From an uncultured Actinomycetes bacterium (lineage in GTDB: Bacteria > Actinomycetota > Thermoleophilia > Gaiellales > Gaiellaceae): a DNA stretch of 64,000 nt. The notes under the pieces are model-generated. The model ran no database searches. It saw nothing but the letters and a program-made list of their open reading frames with translations, and was not told where the DNA came from. Each line of letters starts with the position of its first letter. Positions within the stretch are counted from its first letter, which is position 1. Positions 63,562 through 64,000 of this stretch are shown piece by piece. The translations under genes were made by a program, and so were the position numbers. Where the stretch lies: the NCBI GenBank assembly GCA_963838985.1, contig CAWITF010000004.1, forward strand, positions 76,280 to 140,279, in the 5' to 3' direction.

Positions 63562-64000
63562 GTGAGCAGCAAGCCCGTCGAGCAGCTCTCCCAGGTGATC
63601 GTCCGCTTCGCGGGCGATTCCGGCGACGGCATGCAGCTCACCGGCTCGCAGTTCACCTCCGAGACCGCGCTCCTCGGCAACGACATCTCGACGCTGCCGG
63701 ACTTCCCGGCCGAGATCCGTGCGCCCGCGGGCTCGCTGCCGGGGGTGTCGGGCTTCCAGCTCCACTTCGCCGACCACGACATCCTGACGCCGGGCGATGC
63801 GCCGAACGTGCTCGTCGCGATGAACCCGGCTGCGCTGAAGACGAACATCAAGGACTTGCCGAAGGGCGGCACGCTGATCGTGAACGCCGACGCGTTCAAC
63901 GAGCGCAACCTGCAGAAGGCGGGGTATGCGGCGAACCCGCTCGAGGACGGCTCGCTCGACGAGTTCCAGGTGCACACGGTGCCGCTGACGACGCTCACCG
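63562..64000 (+). CDS. korA: 2-oxoacid:ferredoxin oxidoreductase alpha subunit (KorA-like); 5' part, running off the window end
   Basis: Own translation from GTG 63562: [92 protein letters not shown]... It is not in the ORF track because there is no stop before the window ends. Confidence 0.75.
   Translation, partial: MSSKPVEQLSQVIVRFAGDSGDGMQLTGSQFTSETALLGNDISTLPDFPAEIRAPAGSLPGVSGFQLHFADHDILTPGDAPNVLVAMNPAALKTNIKDLPKGGTLIVNADAFNERNLQKAGYAANPLEDGSLDEFQVHTVPLTTLT

Overview
Very GC-rich chromosomal segment in which third codon positions are almost all G/C. It looks actinobacterial: a SigR/RsrA-type sigma and anti-sigma pair, a PAC2 protein, and many apparently leaderless starts. Any finer placement, such as Thermoleophilia- or Rubrobacter-like, is only inference. 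About 65 tightly packed protein genes, many with ATGA/GTGA start-stop overlaps. I saw no rRNA, tRNA, CRISPR array, transposase or integrase. Left to right: a selenocysteine formate dehydrogenase operon (alpha, FeS beta, NrfD anchor); a divergent SatP/YaaH-family channel; a 7-gene Mrp antiporter-like cluster in E-F-G-(DUF4040)-B-C-D order; a YbdK-type ligase; an HMA protein; a SigR/RsrA pair; a CoxS/L/M-type molybdenum hydroxylase operon with MocA, a lytic transglycosylase and an amidohydrolase; a two-thioredoxin-fold oxidoreductase with an in-frame TGA at its CxxC site; acs; an AraC regulator plus a beta-propeller protein; an M16 peptidase; a large BNR/sortilin-like secreted protein; clpS; osmC; a Mug-NUDIX fusion; nadE; an acyl-CoA ligase; MFS and TetR genes; two paralogous XRE-HTH/TPR regulators, each beside a tiny hydrophobic peptide ORF; a UbiB kinase; a rhodanese; selD; MerR-MFS; a CtaA-like protein; PAC2; an SF2 helicase; fadBA; pgl; proC; an AlkA-like glycosylase; an O-antigen-ligase-like protein; the start of korA. 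The main second-look items are four. (1) The XRE-TPR plus small-peptide cassettes are RRNPP-like signalling candidates. (2) There is a probable second selenoprotein (UxxC redox site), with selD and Sec-FdhA in the same window. (3) A 23-nt A/T-rich palindrome occurs three times, twice inside coding sequence. (4) Single-base frame breaks are unevenly distributed and very dense at 36.9-41.6 kb. All product calls come from motifs I recognise by eye in the supplied ORF translations or in my own translations. No database search was possible.
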